Below, one piece after another: positions 41,800 to 55,990 of a DNA stretch of 64,000 bases (positions are counted from its first letter, which is position 1; each line of letters begins with the position of its first letter). The translations under genes were made by a program, and so were the position numbers. This DNA is from the human T2T-CHM13v2.0 reference genome, Homo sapiens. Below the pieces are notes generated by a model. It was not told where the DNA came from. It made no database searches and worked only from the letters and a program-made list of their open reading frames with translations. Where the stretch lies: assembly GCF_009914755.1 (NCBI RefSeq), contig NC_060928.1; one strand, 5' to 3'.

Positions 41800-43130
41800 T
41801 TTTTAAAATTTACAGACTTATTTTTTATATCAGTTTTAGGTTTACAAAATAATTGAGCACAAAGTACAGATAGTTAGTTTCCATATGCCTTTTCTCCATT
41901 ACATATTCACACAGATTCCTCCAGTGTTAGCAACTTGCACAAGTGTGGTATATTTGTTATAACTGATGAACCAGTATTGAAAAATGTTAACTAAAGTCCA
42001 TAGTCTACATTAGGGATCACTCTTTGGGTTGTTCAGTTCTATAGGTTTTATTGTTTTTTTCTTTTTTATCTTTTTTTCAGAGACAGGGTTTACTCCGTTG
42101 CCCAGGCTGGAGTGCAGTGGCACAATCATAGCTCACTGTAACCTTGAACTCCTGGGCTCAAGCGATCCTTCTGCCTTATTCTCCCAAGTAGCTAGGATAC
42201 AGGCATGTGCCAGCACACCTGGCCCATTTCTGTTGATTTTAACAAATACATGCTGTTTTGTATCCACCATTACACTATCATACAAAACAGTTTCACTGCC
42301 CTAAAAATCACTTTTGCTCCACCTACTCATTCTTCCCTCCTTACCCTCTTAAACCTGTAGGAACCTCTAATGTTTTTACTGCCTTTTTAGTTTTGCCTTT
42401 TCTAGAATGTCATACAGATGGAATCGTATATGGCATCTTTCACTTAGCAATATGCATTTAAGTTTCCTCTGTAACTTTTCATGGCGTGATAGCTCATTTC
42501 TTTTTTTAATCACTGAATCATATTCCCTTGTATGGATGTATGACAGTCTGTTTATTCATTCACTAATGGAAGGAAATCTTGGTTGTTCCCAGGTTTTGAC
42601 AATTATCAATAAAACTGCTATAAACATTTCTGTCCAGAGTTTTTATGGACATAAGTTTTCAATTCATTTGGGTAAATATCTAGGAGCATGATTGCTGGAT
42701 CATATGAGTTAGCTTTGTAAGAAACTGACAAATTGTCTCACAAAGTAACTATACTATTTTGCACTCCCACCATTAATGAATGAGAGTTCCTGTTGCCCCA
42801 CATTCTGATCGGCACTTAGTATTGTCAGTGTTTTTGAATTTTAGCCATTCTCATAGTTGTGTAGTAGCATCTTATTGTTGTTTTAATTTGCAATTTCCTG
42901 AAGATATATGGTGTTGAGCATGTTTTCATATACTTATTTGCCATCTCTGTGTCTTCCTTGGTGAGGTATCTCTTCATGTCTTTGCCCACTTCTTAATTGT
43001 TTGTTGTTGTTAAGTTTTAAGAGTTTCTTTGCATGTTTTGGATATGAGTCCTTCATCAAATGTGTTTTACAAATGTTTTTTCCAGTCTGTAGCTTGTCTC
43101 TTCATATATAGTTTTTTAATGCTATGGTTA
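41800..43130 (-). mobile_element. L1MC1/2-like 3' end containing an Alu monomer (FRAM-like, about 42050-42224)
   Basis: cagttttaggtttacaaaataattgagcacaaagtacaga...ctaaagtccatagt; monomer agagacaggg...gctcaagcgatcc...cacacctggcc. Confidence 0.82.
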
Positions 43131-43479
43131 ATGGATTTATTTAAAGATCAATATTAAATTGGTTTTTTCCATATTATAGAAAAGTATTTATGCAGAATTT
43201 GCATTATCTGTTTTTTTAAGCTTGACATAACCTTCAAAAGTAAAGCCATATGGATTCAAAGCTTTTCAGAAAAAAATTATTTTTATTTGATAGAAATTTA
43301 TATTTTCTATTTCTTAAGCCAATTTTGAACATTAATTTTTCTCAAAAATAACCTACTTATTTGAAATTTTATAATGTATTTTTATAGAATTGTATAAAAT
43401 ATATTTTATAATATATTCCCCCTGTACTTTTCATGGTATCAAATTTCTAATCCCTATTTTAAAAATATGTATTTTATCT

Positions 43480-44514
43480 CTAAGAAATACCATTCTGGAC
43501 ATAGGCCTTGGGAAAGATTTCATGATGAAGGTGCCAAAAGCCATTGCAATAAAAACAAAAATTGCAAATAAGATTATCAACAGAGTAAACAGATAACCTA
43601 CAGAATGGAAGAAAATATTTGCAACCTGTGCATGCAACAAAGTTCTAATATCCAGACTCTATAATGAATTTAAATTAATAAGTAAAAACCCCATTAAAAA
43701 GTAGGTAAAGAACATGAACAGAAACTTTTCAAAAGAAAACATACATGCAGCCAACAATCATATGAAAAAAAATGCTCAACATCCCTAACCATTAGAGAAA
43801 TGCAAATCAAAACCATAGTGAGATACCATCTCACACCAGTGAGAATGGCTATTACTATAAAGTCAAAAAATAACAGATGCTGGTGAGGTTGCAGAGAAAA
43901 GAGGACACTTACACACTGCTGGTGGGAATGTGAATTAGTTCAGCCATTGTCAAAATCAGTGTAGTAATTTCTCAAAGAACTTAAAATAGAAGTACCATTC
44001 AACCAAGGAATCTCATTTTTGGGTATATACCTGTCTTTCTACTTTGAAGACACATGCATGTGTATGTTTATTTCAGCACTATTCACAATAGCAAAGACAT
44101 GGAATCAACCTTAATTCCCCTTCAACCATAGATAAGATAAAGAAAATGTGGTACATATACACCATGGAATACTATGCAGCCATTAAAAAAATGAGATCAT
44201 GTCCCTTGCAGGAACATGGATGGAACTGGAGGCCATTACTCTGAGCAAATTAATGCAGGAACAGAAAACCAAATACTTTATGTTCTCACTTATAAGTAGG
44301 AGCTAAACATTGAGTACACATGGACGCATGTGTACTTGAGGATAGAAGGTAGAAAGAGGGAGGGAATAAAAAAACTACTTATTGAGTACTCTGCTTATAA
44401 CCTAAGTGACAAAATAATCTGTACGCCAAACCCCTGTGACACGCAATTTACCTATATAAAAAACCTGCACATATACCCTGAACCTAAAATAAAATCTTAA
44501 TAAATAAATAAAAT
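43480..44514 (+). mobile_element. 5'-truncated old primate L1 (L1PA15/16-like)
   Basis: ORF2 tail (NTILDIGLGKDFMMK) through 3' UTR and A-rich tail; degenerate TSD aaaatatgtattttatc / aaaatttgtattgtatc. Confidence 0.88.
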
Positions 44515-45682
44515 AAAATTTGTATTGTATCCTTTGTTATAATTTGTTTATATAAGATTTGATTTTAAAGAACTTACCACTTTATTTTAATTGATTCTGA
44601 TTCTGTTTATCTAGTCTTTTCATTACTTCCTTTATGCCTTTTTTTAGATATATTTTTGTTGTTTTTCCCAACTTCTTAAGTTGTTATTAGTGATTTATTT
44701 TTATCTCTCTTTTGAAAAATAATAAGACCATTTAACACAAAATATTTCTTTCTGAGTACAGCTTTGGCCAAAATCCACAAATTTTGATAATTAATGTTCT
44801 CATTTTTCTCATTTTATAAATACTCCATACTTGCAGATTTTTATCCAAGATTTTTGTTGAATTTCTTTTAATTTCAAAGTAATTCCCATTGCTTTTATCT
44901 AAGCTTGTGAACATGATTTCTATTTTATTGTATTGTGGTAAAAGAATCTAGCCTTTACACTTTTTAAGATTTTATTGATATTTACTTTGTACCTTAATTT
45001 AAGATTAGTTTTGGTTTTCAAATTAATCTTCCACAGATGGTTGAAAAAATGTGCATATTTTCTGGTTTATTATGTACCTAAACTTCATTAACATATCATC
45101 TAAATAACTATGTCTCTTATGTATATATGTGTATATATGTACATATGTATGTATGTATTTATTTTGGCTCATCAAAATTTACTAGAGACATGGCCAAGTT
45201 TTCTATCAAAAAAAGTATTTATTACTCTTTTCAAATCCAACAATCTTTGCTTAATTGATTTTGAAGCCCTTTCTTTTGCTATTCTTCATGGGCATTGTCA
45301 GCGTGAGTTGTACCATTACTTTTTTAAAAAACCTTAAATTTTCCATTTTCACTTGAATCCTGTTTTTTTCTGAAACTTTAAATACCACAACTGCTTTATT
45401 TCTGTGTTTATTCATCTGATAAATGAGGCCCATCTTATTCTTATAATCTGGAGGGGTTGTTTTTATTTTTAATACATTTCTTCTTTCAATAATACTTATT
45501 GAATTTGAAATCAGTTTTGTAGTGATATTTATGGTAGTTTTGCTTGATTCCCTATTCTTAAATTCTAATTTTATGAAGTAATTTCTTCTCTTTTTAATTC
45601 CAAAATAACATTTACATTTTCTTGGCAAATAATTCAAATAGAATTGCAAAATATAAAAATGAAAGTAAAGTCTTCTCCCTCA

Positions 45683-45806
45683 CAGTCCAGGAGTAGAGTG
45701 AGGCACATGAGGTGCTTAGGGCACAAAATTTAAGGAGACAATCTCAGAGCCCTACCTCAAATTTGTACCTTGGTGCCCTGCTCACCTCACCCTAGATGTG
45801 GCCCTG
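45683..45806. mobile_element. MER96-like hAT MITE
   Basis: tagagtgaggca...gggcacaaaatttaagg...aaatttgtacc...cctcaccctag...gccctg, with inverted arms. Confidence 0.6.
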
Positions 45807-46056
45807 ATTCCTCATGCACGTTCCACTCCAGGTAAGACACCACTCCTAACAGCTTCTTGTCTCTCTTTCCAAAAAACTGTGAGTGCACTTGTATGTGTGA
45901 GAGTAGTAATTTTATGTTCCTGTTTTAAATACCTGAGATCATTGCTAACTGCTGTTTCTCATTGCTGCACACTTAGAATGAGGATGATGCGCTCACCTTA
46001 GCAAATATTTATTGAGTCTTGACTCAGTGAACATGAACATATTTCACTCTTCCTAA

Positions 46057-46400
<344 letters not shown>

Positions 46401-46632
46401 AGAAACTACCATAACGTTTTTAAGCAGTCGGGTATTGATGATGTTTAAGCATTTGTTGTTACAAGCTATTTTTGTTAACATTTTTTTTCAAGTAGTTTTC
46501 GGCAATGAACTGAGTATATGTGTGAGAGAAATTAGTAAAGAGGAAACTACTGGGTCAAAAGGCAAGTGTGTTTAAATGTTGACAAATATCAAATTGCCAT
46601 CCCAAAAGTTTCATCAATTCATAATTCTACAG

Positions 46633-46680
46633 TGTATATACATATATATATATGTCTGTGTACATGTATATATGTGTGTG

Positions 46681-46736
<56 letters not shown>
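46633..46736. repeat. Compound (TA)n/(TG)n microsatellite
   Basis: Long perfect TG run from about 46691 to 46724, flanked by TA runs. Confidence 0.95.
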
Positions 46737-46930
46737 CTTCTTTTCTTTTCTTTTCTTTTTTCGAGGGAGTCTCGCTCTGTCACCCAGGCTGGAGTGCAGT
46801 GGTGCGATCTCGGCTCACTGCAACCTCCGCCTCCTGGGTTCAAGTAATTCCTCTTCCTCAGCCTCCCTAGTAGCTGGGATTACAGGCACCTGCCACTATG
46901 CCTGGCTAATTTTTGTATTTTAGTAGAGAC
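46737..46930 (-). mobile_element. AluS, right arm and linker only
   Basis: gagtctcgctctgtcacccaggctgg...tttttgtattttagtagagac, then non-Alu sequence. Confidence 0.88.
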
Positions 46931-48504
46931 AGTACATTTAGGTGTACCTTTCCCCTCATTGATAATGGGTCCCCGTGATCTTTTCATTGTTTGCTTCTCT
47001 AGTAGATAAGCATTTGTATTCCATTGTAGTTTTCGGTTGTATTTCTTTAATTGTGAGTTTGCGCATATTTTCACGTTTATTGAACATCTTTATACTTTTT
47101 TGCATTTTTATCTATTTCTTATTTTGTGTTCTTCATTTTTTAATTGATTTGTAAAAGTTTGAGACACATGAAAATATTTTTTTCTGAAACATAAAATCCA
47201 AATATTTTTCTTGGTTGATTTATTGGTTTTTAATGTTCTATGGTAACTTCTATTGTGCAAAAGAATTTATTTGTAAGTAGTTAAGTTCAATTATAGTTTT
47301 ATTTATAGCTTTTGTATTTCATGGCAGAAAGACTTCCCCACTCAAAAATGATAACTTTTAAAATTGTTTTCTAATAATTTTGTTGTCATATTTAGATGTA
47401 CATTTTTGTTCACTTGTGATTTATTTTTGATGAAAGGAAAGATGCAGAAATTTAATATTTTTCTCAAATAACTATTAATTCATTCCAATATCATTTTTCA
47501 AAAGAATCCATTTTTACTCCATTATTTGAAATCCCATATTTGTCTTAGTAAATCCTCTCCCTCTTTTTTTCAGTTTATTTCTAGTGTCCCTAGATCGTGT
47601 CTTGCTGGGTCATCACCAAATGTCTTAATTTCTTTTATCTTTCAATATATTTTAATATCTTTTAGAGCAAGTTCATGTTCGTTAATTTTTTCATAGTTCA
47701 CACAATAATTTTTGTATTATTTTTAATATTATTTCTTAAATTCCAAAAGAGTATATAAGGATAAAATAGACAACCAAGGTAAGCATTTAGAATAATACCT
47801 TCCACATAGTAAATATTCAAAGAATTTTAGCTTCTGAAATAAAGCAGCTTCCAAATGAAGTAAAATGTATCTAGATATCATGTATTGCACCTGTTACCAG
47901 AGAATATAGTGAAATTTCTATTGTCCCAACTCATCTGCTCTCAGATGCTGCTTAAATTCTCTACTCATATCTATTTCACAACTACAGCAAAATGCATGCA
48001 ACTGTCCTTAGAAATCATTTATATAGTGCAGCTCTCTTGGGCTGAGGTAGGAACTCTCTTCTATGCTCATCATACCAAATGCCAATGGATATAATGAAAA
48101 TTTTTATTTCTACCATGCACTTTATCAAGATCACTCTGACCAAGGGTTTAGTACCCCCCAGCACGTGCATAGCACTTCAAGGACCCCTTCCTCTTCCTGT
48201 CCAGTTAATTTAAGAGGAATGGTAGAATAGTGGTACCCATGTTAGAGAGCAGTACATTTTAAATTGTATTCTTCAGAGCTCTGAGGTCATGTTTAAGAGC
48301 CTTAAGGGCCTTCTCAAAGGGTGATGGGATGCAGAGCTATGAGCTTCAAGACTCCTGAGCAATTTCAGCCGGAACAGCTCTCCTTTATGTTTCAAGAAAT
48401 GCTTCGTTTGGACAAATGATAACATTATTCTAAAAATAAAAGTGAGGGGAAGAGAGGACAAGGAAGTAGAGAAATTCCTGTTCAGCTCTCTTGTTAGTGT
48501 AAAT

Positions 48505-48690
48505 CAGCATTTCCCAAATGAGCACTATTGACATTTTAGGCTGGTAATTCTTTGTTGTAAGCTGGGGGAGGGAGGATGTCTTGTACATTGCAGGATGTTC
48601 AGCAACATCCCTGGCCTCTAGCTAGTAGCAATGACATCACAACTGTGACAGTGTGACAGCCAAAAATGTCTGCAAACTATTTTGGGGTAT
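48505..48690 (-). mobile_element. MER20 DNA transposon
   Basis: gcactattgacatttt...cattgcaggatgttcagcaacatccctggcctcta...gtgacagccaaaaatgtct. Confidence 0.85.
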
Positions 48691-49018
48691 CCACTATTAT
48701 ACCCATTGCCAAAAGGGTATCTTAGTGGATGCATGAAGCACCTCATTTCTTTCTTCAGTTCGGCAAGCTTGCTCTTGATAACAAAACAAATTATGATTCT
48801 CAATCCACTTAATTAGTCCTTAATTAGTAGAAGTTTCTTCCCAAGTTTGATCTAGTTCTTTAGTGTTTGTAGGGTTAAGAAAAGCTGCATCAAGGCACCC
48901 TAGTGTGATAGCATTTATTAACAGCCTCCTTAAAGATTTTAAGTTATAAGTTACATAAATAGTAATAAGGGATTTAGTTATTAATTAATGATAACGAGCA
49001 AATGAACATAAAATTATT

Positions 49019-49235
49019 TTTTCTCTTTTTTTATTATACTTTAAGTTCTAGGGTACATGTGCACAACGTGCAGGTTTGTTACATATGTATACATGTGCCA
49101 TGTTGGTGTGCTGCACCCATTAAGTCGTCATTTACATTAGGTATATCTCCTAATGCTATCCCTCCCCCCTCCCCCAACCCCACAACAGGCCCAGGTGTGT
49201 GATGTTCCCCTTCCTGTGTCCAAGTGTTCTCATTG
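49019..49235 (-). mobile_element. Short L1PA (PA3-5-like) 3' end
   Basis: attatactttaagttctagggtacatgtgcacaacgtgcagg...; perfect 19-bp TSD AAATGAACATAAAATTATT at 49000-49018 and 49236-49254. Confidence 0.93.
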
Positions 49236-49394
49236 AAATGAACATAAAATTATTGAGCAATTTCTCATTGATGGATTTCAGCCTCCAGCAGCCTATCAAA
49301 ACTTGCATAAATAGACACCTGGTAACTGATGTTACTCTTGAATTAGCCTTCGCTTTACTTTCACTTATTCCTACATGGTCAAACTTCTGTTCAC

Positions 49395-49944
<550 letters not shown>

Positions 49945-50139
49945 TGCTCTATTCTTACACTTTGGAAAATAGATCAATGCATACTACCAGCTTTTACATT
50001 TTTCTTTGGCTCTCCCAGTTTTTATCACTGTTGATTCTTATTTTAATAGTGTTTGTTTTTAAAGAACACAAGAGTCCATTTTTAAGGAAGAAAATTTTGT
50101 TTAATTTAAAATGGCTCACAACCAAAAAGAGATCAATAT

Positions 50140-50355
50140 TAGGAATAGAGGCAGCCTCTCAACTCTGGCAAGGAAAAGACAAAAAAACAGATTTTCTTCT
50201 ACAGCCTGCAGAAAGGAACATAGCCCTGCTGACACCTTGATTTTAGTCCAGTGAGACCTGCATCAGACTTCTGATCTACAGAACTATAAGCTGATTAACT
50301 TGTGTTGTTTTAAGTTTGTGGTAATTTGTTACAGTAACAATAGAAAATTAACACT
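50140..50355 (+). mobile_element. MLT1C/D-like LTR, 3' half
   Basis: gccctgctgacaccttgattttagtccagtgagacc...gtttgtggtaatttgttacagtaacaatagaaaattaac. Confidence 0.82.
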
Positions 50356-50399
50356 CATGTGCTGCTAGGTTAATCAATTTAAGAACATATCTGATCAAC

Positions 50400-50930
50400 C
50401 CTACTCCAACTCAAAATTCTTCACAGCAACATTTTGCCTACCAAATATAGTTCAAATGACTCAAGTTTACATACAAAAGATTTTATAATTTTATTGCAGA
50501 CATCTTCCACTATTTTCCTTCACCACTACACACCTAAGAAATGTCTATAAGTCATTCCCCAAACTGGTCCTTAACTTTTTCACCACTGTGTCTTTTCGTG
50601 CCTTTTGTCTGAAATGTGCTTCTCTTCATCTTCATTTGCTGGAATTCTAGTTGTCCTTCAAGTTCAAAATTCATTATCACCTCCTCCACGTGGTCCTCTC
50701 TAATTTCTGTAGTTGGATATCAGTCACTTTTCTCTTAGGTGCTTTCTTGGCCATTGTATGTATCTCTTAATTTGGTTTTATGTCCTTCTACCTTCTTTGC
50801 AGAAATGTTGCTTTATCTTTATTAAATTCAAAAGTTTTACAAGAACAAGAATCTTGACTTTCATCTTTGAATTCCTAAAGCACTGACTTCAGGTCATGGC
50901 ACTGAGTAAATACTCAAGAAATTTTTAAAT
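50400..50930 (+). mobile_element. L2 remnant
   Basis: gtccttcaagttcaaaattcattatcacctcctcc...catggcactgagtaaatactcaaga. Confidence 0.6.
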
Positions 50931-51699
50931 TTTATTTATGATATTTCCTGTTGACCAGTTTAAAGAAGACCTGGTATCTCTGATCTGGTTTAAATAAAAC
51001 ACTTTTGATTTTTAGTTATTAGTTTTATTGAATTACCTTAGTGGTACTGAATATTATATTATGGTCTTAGAAGGTAGTCATAATAAACTCATCTGATAAA
51101 ACAATATCATCTGGGTCACTCTATAGCATACAATGCAATAAACACTATAGGTAGTCAACTAGACCATGAATATTCTTGTAGTCTGAACATTTCCCTATGT
51201 TGATACGGTGGTTTAATGCTATGCCAGTGTTTCTTTCTTTATTCTCTGATTTGGTTATTTTTCATATTTTGAAAATGACAATTCTGTTTTCTCTCAACAA
51301 TATCATCTCAGAGCTCTAGGCAGAGGACAGAGTGAAACAAATGTGTCAAACATATGGATGACAAGAGAATGATTTTTCAAGAAATGATAACCACATGAAA
51401 GTTCTCAGAATGTCCTCTTGGGTTTGGCAACATTTTAGCCAAATAAAATGTGAACTAAATGGGCTAAAGTGGGAGTCATTTACAAAGAAAAGAGATAAGG
51501 AAACTGGCTCAATATTTTTAGAAAAGAGAATCTCCTTCATGACTTGCAAAATATCTTCATTATTCCTACAGAATACTGACACCACTTCTAAAATGGCACT
51601 GTTGAAAAATAGCACTTTTTTGAAAAAGAAAATCACTGTTTCTAGGACTAACAAAATCTGGGGACATAAAAGGAGCAGTAATTAAGTTTTATTTAGGAG

Positions 51700-52750
51700 A
51701 TCATTTATTGAATGTCTACTCGCTTGGGCACTAGACTAAAAATTGGGGATGTCAAAATAAAATAAGAAACTTAAGCACTAAGACAATTCATAGTTGGTTA
51801 ATTCACAAAGGGTTTAACTGGATTTCAATTATTTGTTTTCAGTTATTTAACTTTTGGTAAATTCAACTGTCCCTGAGAACATCTATTAATTTCTGAGAAG
51901 TGAGAATATGGTGGTAGGAATAGATAATCGTTATTTTAATTAAGTAGGGAAAATAATAAGACAGAGTTTTCACAAGATTATTTGATAACCTAAAGAAGAA
52001 GCATTCAGAAAACTTTTTGGATGTGGTAATCCCTGAGGTGGGTCCTGAAGAAGGAAAATGAAATAGCTAGGTAAAGATGAGACAGGTATAATAAATGAAG
52101 AATCATGGAGAGAACAGGACATGGCTAAGGAACTCTAAGTAGATTAGACCTGCTGCAGCAAGATGTCTTTGGTAAGATGTGAATGGTGAGACATCAAGAA
52201 GGAGAGGTGCACAATGACTAGATCATGAAAGGCCTTGTGCACTCTCCCCATGCATTTGTATTTTTTTTTTGACAAACCTAGAAAAACAAAAATTGTTGAA
52301 GTATCAATAGGATTTAGATCAGACAAAATGAAATAAAGAGCATTTTAGTTTTAGATTAGATTAAATGAGGGAATAGAGAACAAGAGAGGCTTGGCGAGTT
52401 TTTGAGCAGCTCAGTGATATGATTAGATTGCTCAATGTAACGGATAAATTGGACTGAAGAGATGAGAGGCTGGGAGGGTCACTTAGGGGGCAATGCAATA
52501 ATTCATGCAAAAAATTGCAAGGCAGTGAGAGAGGTCTAAAAGAAGGAAACAAATGTGAGGAATATCTTGGAAGTACAATTAGTGTGATTTAGAGACCTAT
52601 TCGTTATGGGGAAAGAAGAAATAGCAAATGACCTAGTGATCTTTAGCCTGGGAAACTAGGAAAGTGATGATGGCATTAAACAATATTGAACCTATTAACA
52701 GTGGAACAACAGTTAATTGTGGAGGAAGTAGGGGGAAAGCTTGGTTTTTA
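51700..52750 (-). mobile_element. L2 remnant
   Basis: tcatttattgaatgtctact...ctagatcatgaaaggccttgtg...tttagcctgggaaactaggaaagtgatgatggcatt. Confidence 0.7.
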
Positions 52751-54276
52751 TTGTTGACTTGTACCTATTAGCCCAGCATTTGCAGCTTCATGGAATCCAT
52801 TGAATTTATCCAAGAGCTAAAATCTTATAACTTAGTATGATTTTGCACTAAAAATGTTTTCTCCATTTGTCCAAACATGAAATTAATACACAACAAGGTT
52901 TATGAAAGCAGCTTTTGTATCCCCTTTGGGAGTAGCTTCTATATATTTTTAGTGAACAAAAGGAAAAGACAGTAATATTTGCTAAATACCTACTGTATTA
53001 AGGTACTCTTTTGAGTATGTTTGCATATTCCATCCTCTAATACTCATAAAATTAGAAAAAAAAATGATGCCCGGGAAAGTTCAAGTAACTTAGAGGCTGA
53101 GTCAATTCTGACTACATCCATAACCTAAATCTCAGTTTTGTAAATTACTGCTTCTGAGTGGTCAAGGTCACAGACTAGCAAAATGTTCTTTGTTTTTCAG
53201 CACAAAGGTCGACCATATACAGAATAATACTTTGTGTTTTGAGGGCACTCAGATTTGTACATCTTTGGTAAACTGGTAATCCATGTGGTCTTTTGGTGTG
53301 TGATAGGTGGACCTGAAATATATCATTTGGACACTTGATGGCAATATTCTAAATGGGCTATTGTCTACTTCCCTATGTCGGGGGAATCTTACATAGGGTT
53401 TGCAAAACAAAGCTTCATCTCTGAAATTCCATTTGGTATCTGGCTTTCTAAGCCTTTTTGGTGTTTGTGCCCATAGAAAATAGAAAAGGCAACTTGGCTG
53501 AACCTGCCAGTCAACCTAGCCAAACACTTGCAACAGGTCAATCATATTATCTTTAATGATAGAGACAATACACATAGTAAATTAACTCCAGAAGATCAAG
53601 GGCTAGGTTAAGTTTTCTTATAGTGAAATTGAAATCTGAACACATTCAAATCATTTCTGTTCCATTAGAAAGTGTGAATAGCAATACTTCTGCAAGAGCT
53701 ATATCTGATTAACATATTCTGAACTGAATTTGGTCTGGGTGTGAATATGTTTTACCGTCCCCCAAATTGGGAAACTTGTGGAATCTTTATTGCAGAGATC
53801 TGTTTGGGGTAACCGAACACCAGGTTAAGCATTTGAGAGGAAATAGATGAGCTTAACAGAGTCAGCTGGCTAGAATTTGGTATTAAGATGGAAAGGGAAG
53901 ATGATGTGTGGAAATAAGGAAGAAATAAAATATACACATTTTGAGCAGCAAGAGAAATAAATCTTTTCTACAATTGCAAGTATATTCCTATTTGCATTTT
54001 CTATATTCAGTTTCCAGAAAGCTTATATAGTTTACTATTTCCAAATTGTTTGTTATATTTGTAGAGAGGCAGCAATAGGAATACTCAGGTAGGTGATCAA
54101 GGAAAAATGTTTAGATTGTCATTTAAGATTCAAGTGCATCCTAAACTTTTGGTGTAATATTACACATAATTGGGAAATTCATTTAAAAATACATATACTC
54201 AACTTCACCTAGCTCTAATGCGAATCTCTAGACGGTGGCACATTCACACATGTCTGTTAGAAATGATGAGATAGCC

Positions 54277-55210
54277 AACAAAGGACTAATATCCAGAGTC
54301 TACAAGAAACTCAAACAAATCAGCAAGAAAAAAACAAACAATCCCATCAAAAAGTGGGCTAAGGACGTGAATACACAATTCTCAAAAGAAGATATGCAAA
54401 TGGCCAACAAACGTGAAAAAAATGCTCAACATCACTAATATCAGGGAAATTCAAATAAAAACCACAATGCAATACCACCTTACTCCTGCAAGAATGGCCA
54501 TAATCAAAAAATCAAAAAATAATACATGTTAGCATGGTTACAGTGAAAAGGGAACACTTCTACACTGCATGGGAATGTAAACTAGTACAACCACCATGGA
54601 AAACAATGTGAAGATTCCTTAAAGAACTAAAAGTAGAACTATCATTTGATCCAGCAATCCCACTACTGACTAGCTACCCAGAGGAAAAGAAGTAATATAT
54701 GGAAAAGATATTTGCACAACCATGTTTATAGTGGCACAATTTCACAATTTGTAATGGCAAAGTATGGAACCAGCCCAAATGTCCATCAGTTAATGAATGG
54801 ATAAAGAAATTGTGGTATATATATATATATCATGGAATACTACTCAGCCATAAAAAAGAATGAAATAATGGCACTCGTAGCAACCTGGATGAAATTGGAG
54901 ACCATTCTTCTAAGTGAAGTAACTCAGGAATGGAAAACCGAACATTGCATGTTCTCACTCATAAGTGGGAATTAAGCTATAAGGATGCAAAGGCATAAGA
55001 ATGATACAATGCACTTTGGGGCTCAGGAAAGGGTGGGAGTGGGGTGAGGGATAAAAGACCACACATTGGGTACAGTGTACACTGCTCGAGTGATGGATGT
55101 ACCAAAATCTCAGAAATCACCACTAAAGAACTTGTTCATGTAACAAAACACCACCTGTTCTCCAAAAACCTATTGAAATAAAATAAATACAGTACCAAAC
55201 CAGAAAAAAA
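54277..55210 (+). mobile_element. 5'-truncated L1PB1-like element
   Basis: aacaaaggactaatatccagagtctacaag through caaaaacctattgaaataaaa; 18-bp TSD AGAAAT(G/A)ATGAGATAGCC at 54259-54276 and 55211-55228. Confidence 0.92.
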
Positions 55211-55849
55211 AGAAATAATGAGATAGCCCTTTTCATTTGAGGTGTCATGGCCTGGCAGGCAGCCCCCTGTGGTGGGTTCCTTTCAAGATGTCTCAGACCA
55301 ACATCCTGTTCTAAATACCATTTACCCTTCAGGAAATGACATATTTTATTTTCCTGCCAATGAAGGGAAGGACATTTTACCCAACTGCAACCTTCTTTCT
55401 TAAATCTGCTAACTTCCCTCTTGCAGAATTCTCCAGGTGGGAAGAAATCACTGATTTTCATTACCGCATTTCCATTACCACATGGTTGACCAAGTTTGGT
55501 CACCATGTAGAATGAGGAGATAAATCGGGTAATTCTCTTTAGAATACAGTAATACTTATCTCTTACTGTTTTTAGCTTTCAGCTTTTACCAACATTTAGG
55601 AAAAAATCCCTTTTAACATCACGTTCCATAAATATTCAAACTCAGTGAGACGAGTGCAATAATATAAATACATAAACCTTTCTCACCACTCACTGCTAAA
55701 CTGATTCAGTGGGCCTGTTTTCTCCCCAGCACCAACTCCTTCCTAAGACTTCAGGAGGAGAAAATCATCCCATAGCTTTTCTGTTCTTTGCTTAGTCAAA
55801 AACAAATTCAATTAGCTTACACCATCTCAGTTAAATTTTAAACTTGTTT

Positions 55850-55990
55850 ACTATTCAGGGATTCTTCAAGGTAGTTGTTAAAACTTTGGTAGCTTGATAT
55901 GGACTGTGGTGGGGGTATTTACACCATGAAAATTGGCAAACACTAAAAACCTGAGTTTGGAGGGAAAGATTCAGTTTACCAACACTAGTC
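55850..55990. mobile_element. MER63-like hAT fragment
   Basis: ggtagcttga...ggtgggggtatttacaccatgaaaattggcaaacacta...gtttaccaacac. Confidence 0.6.
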
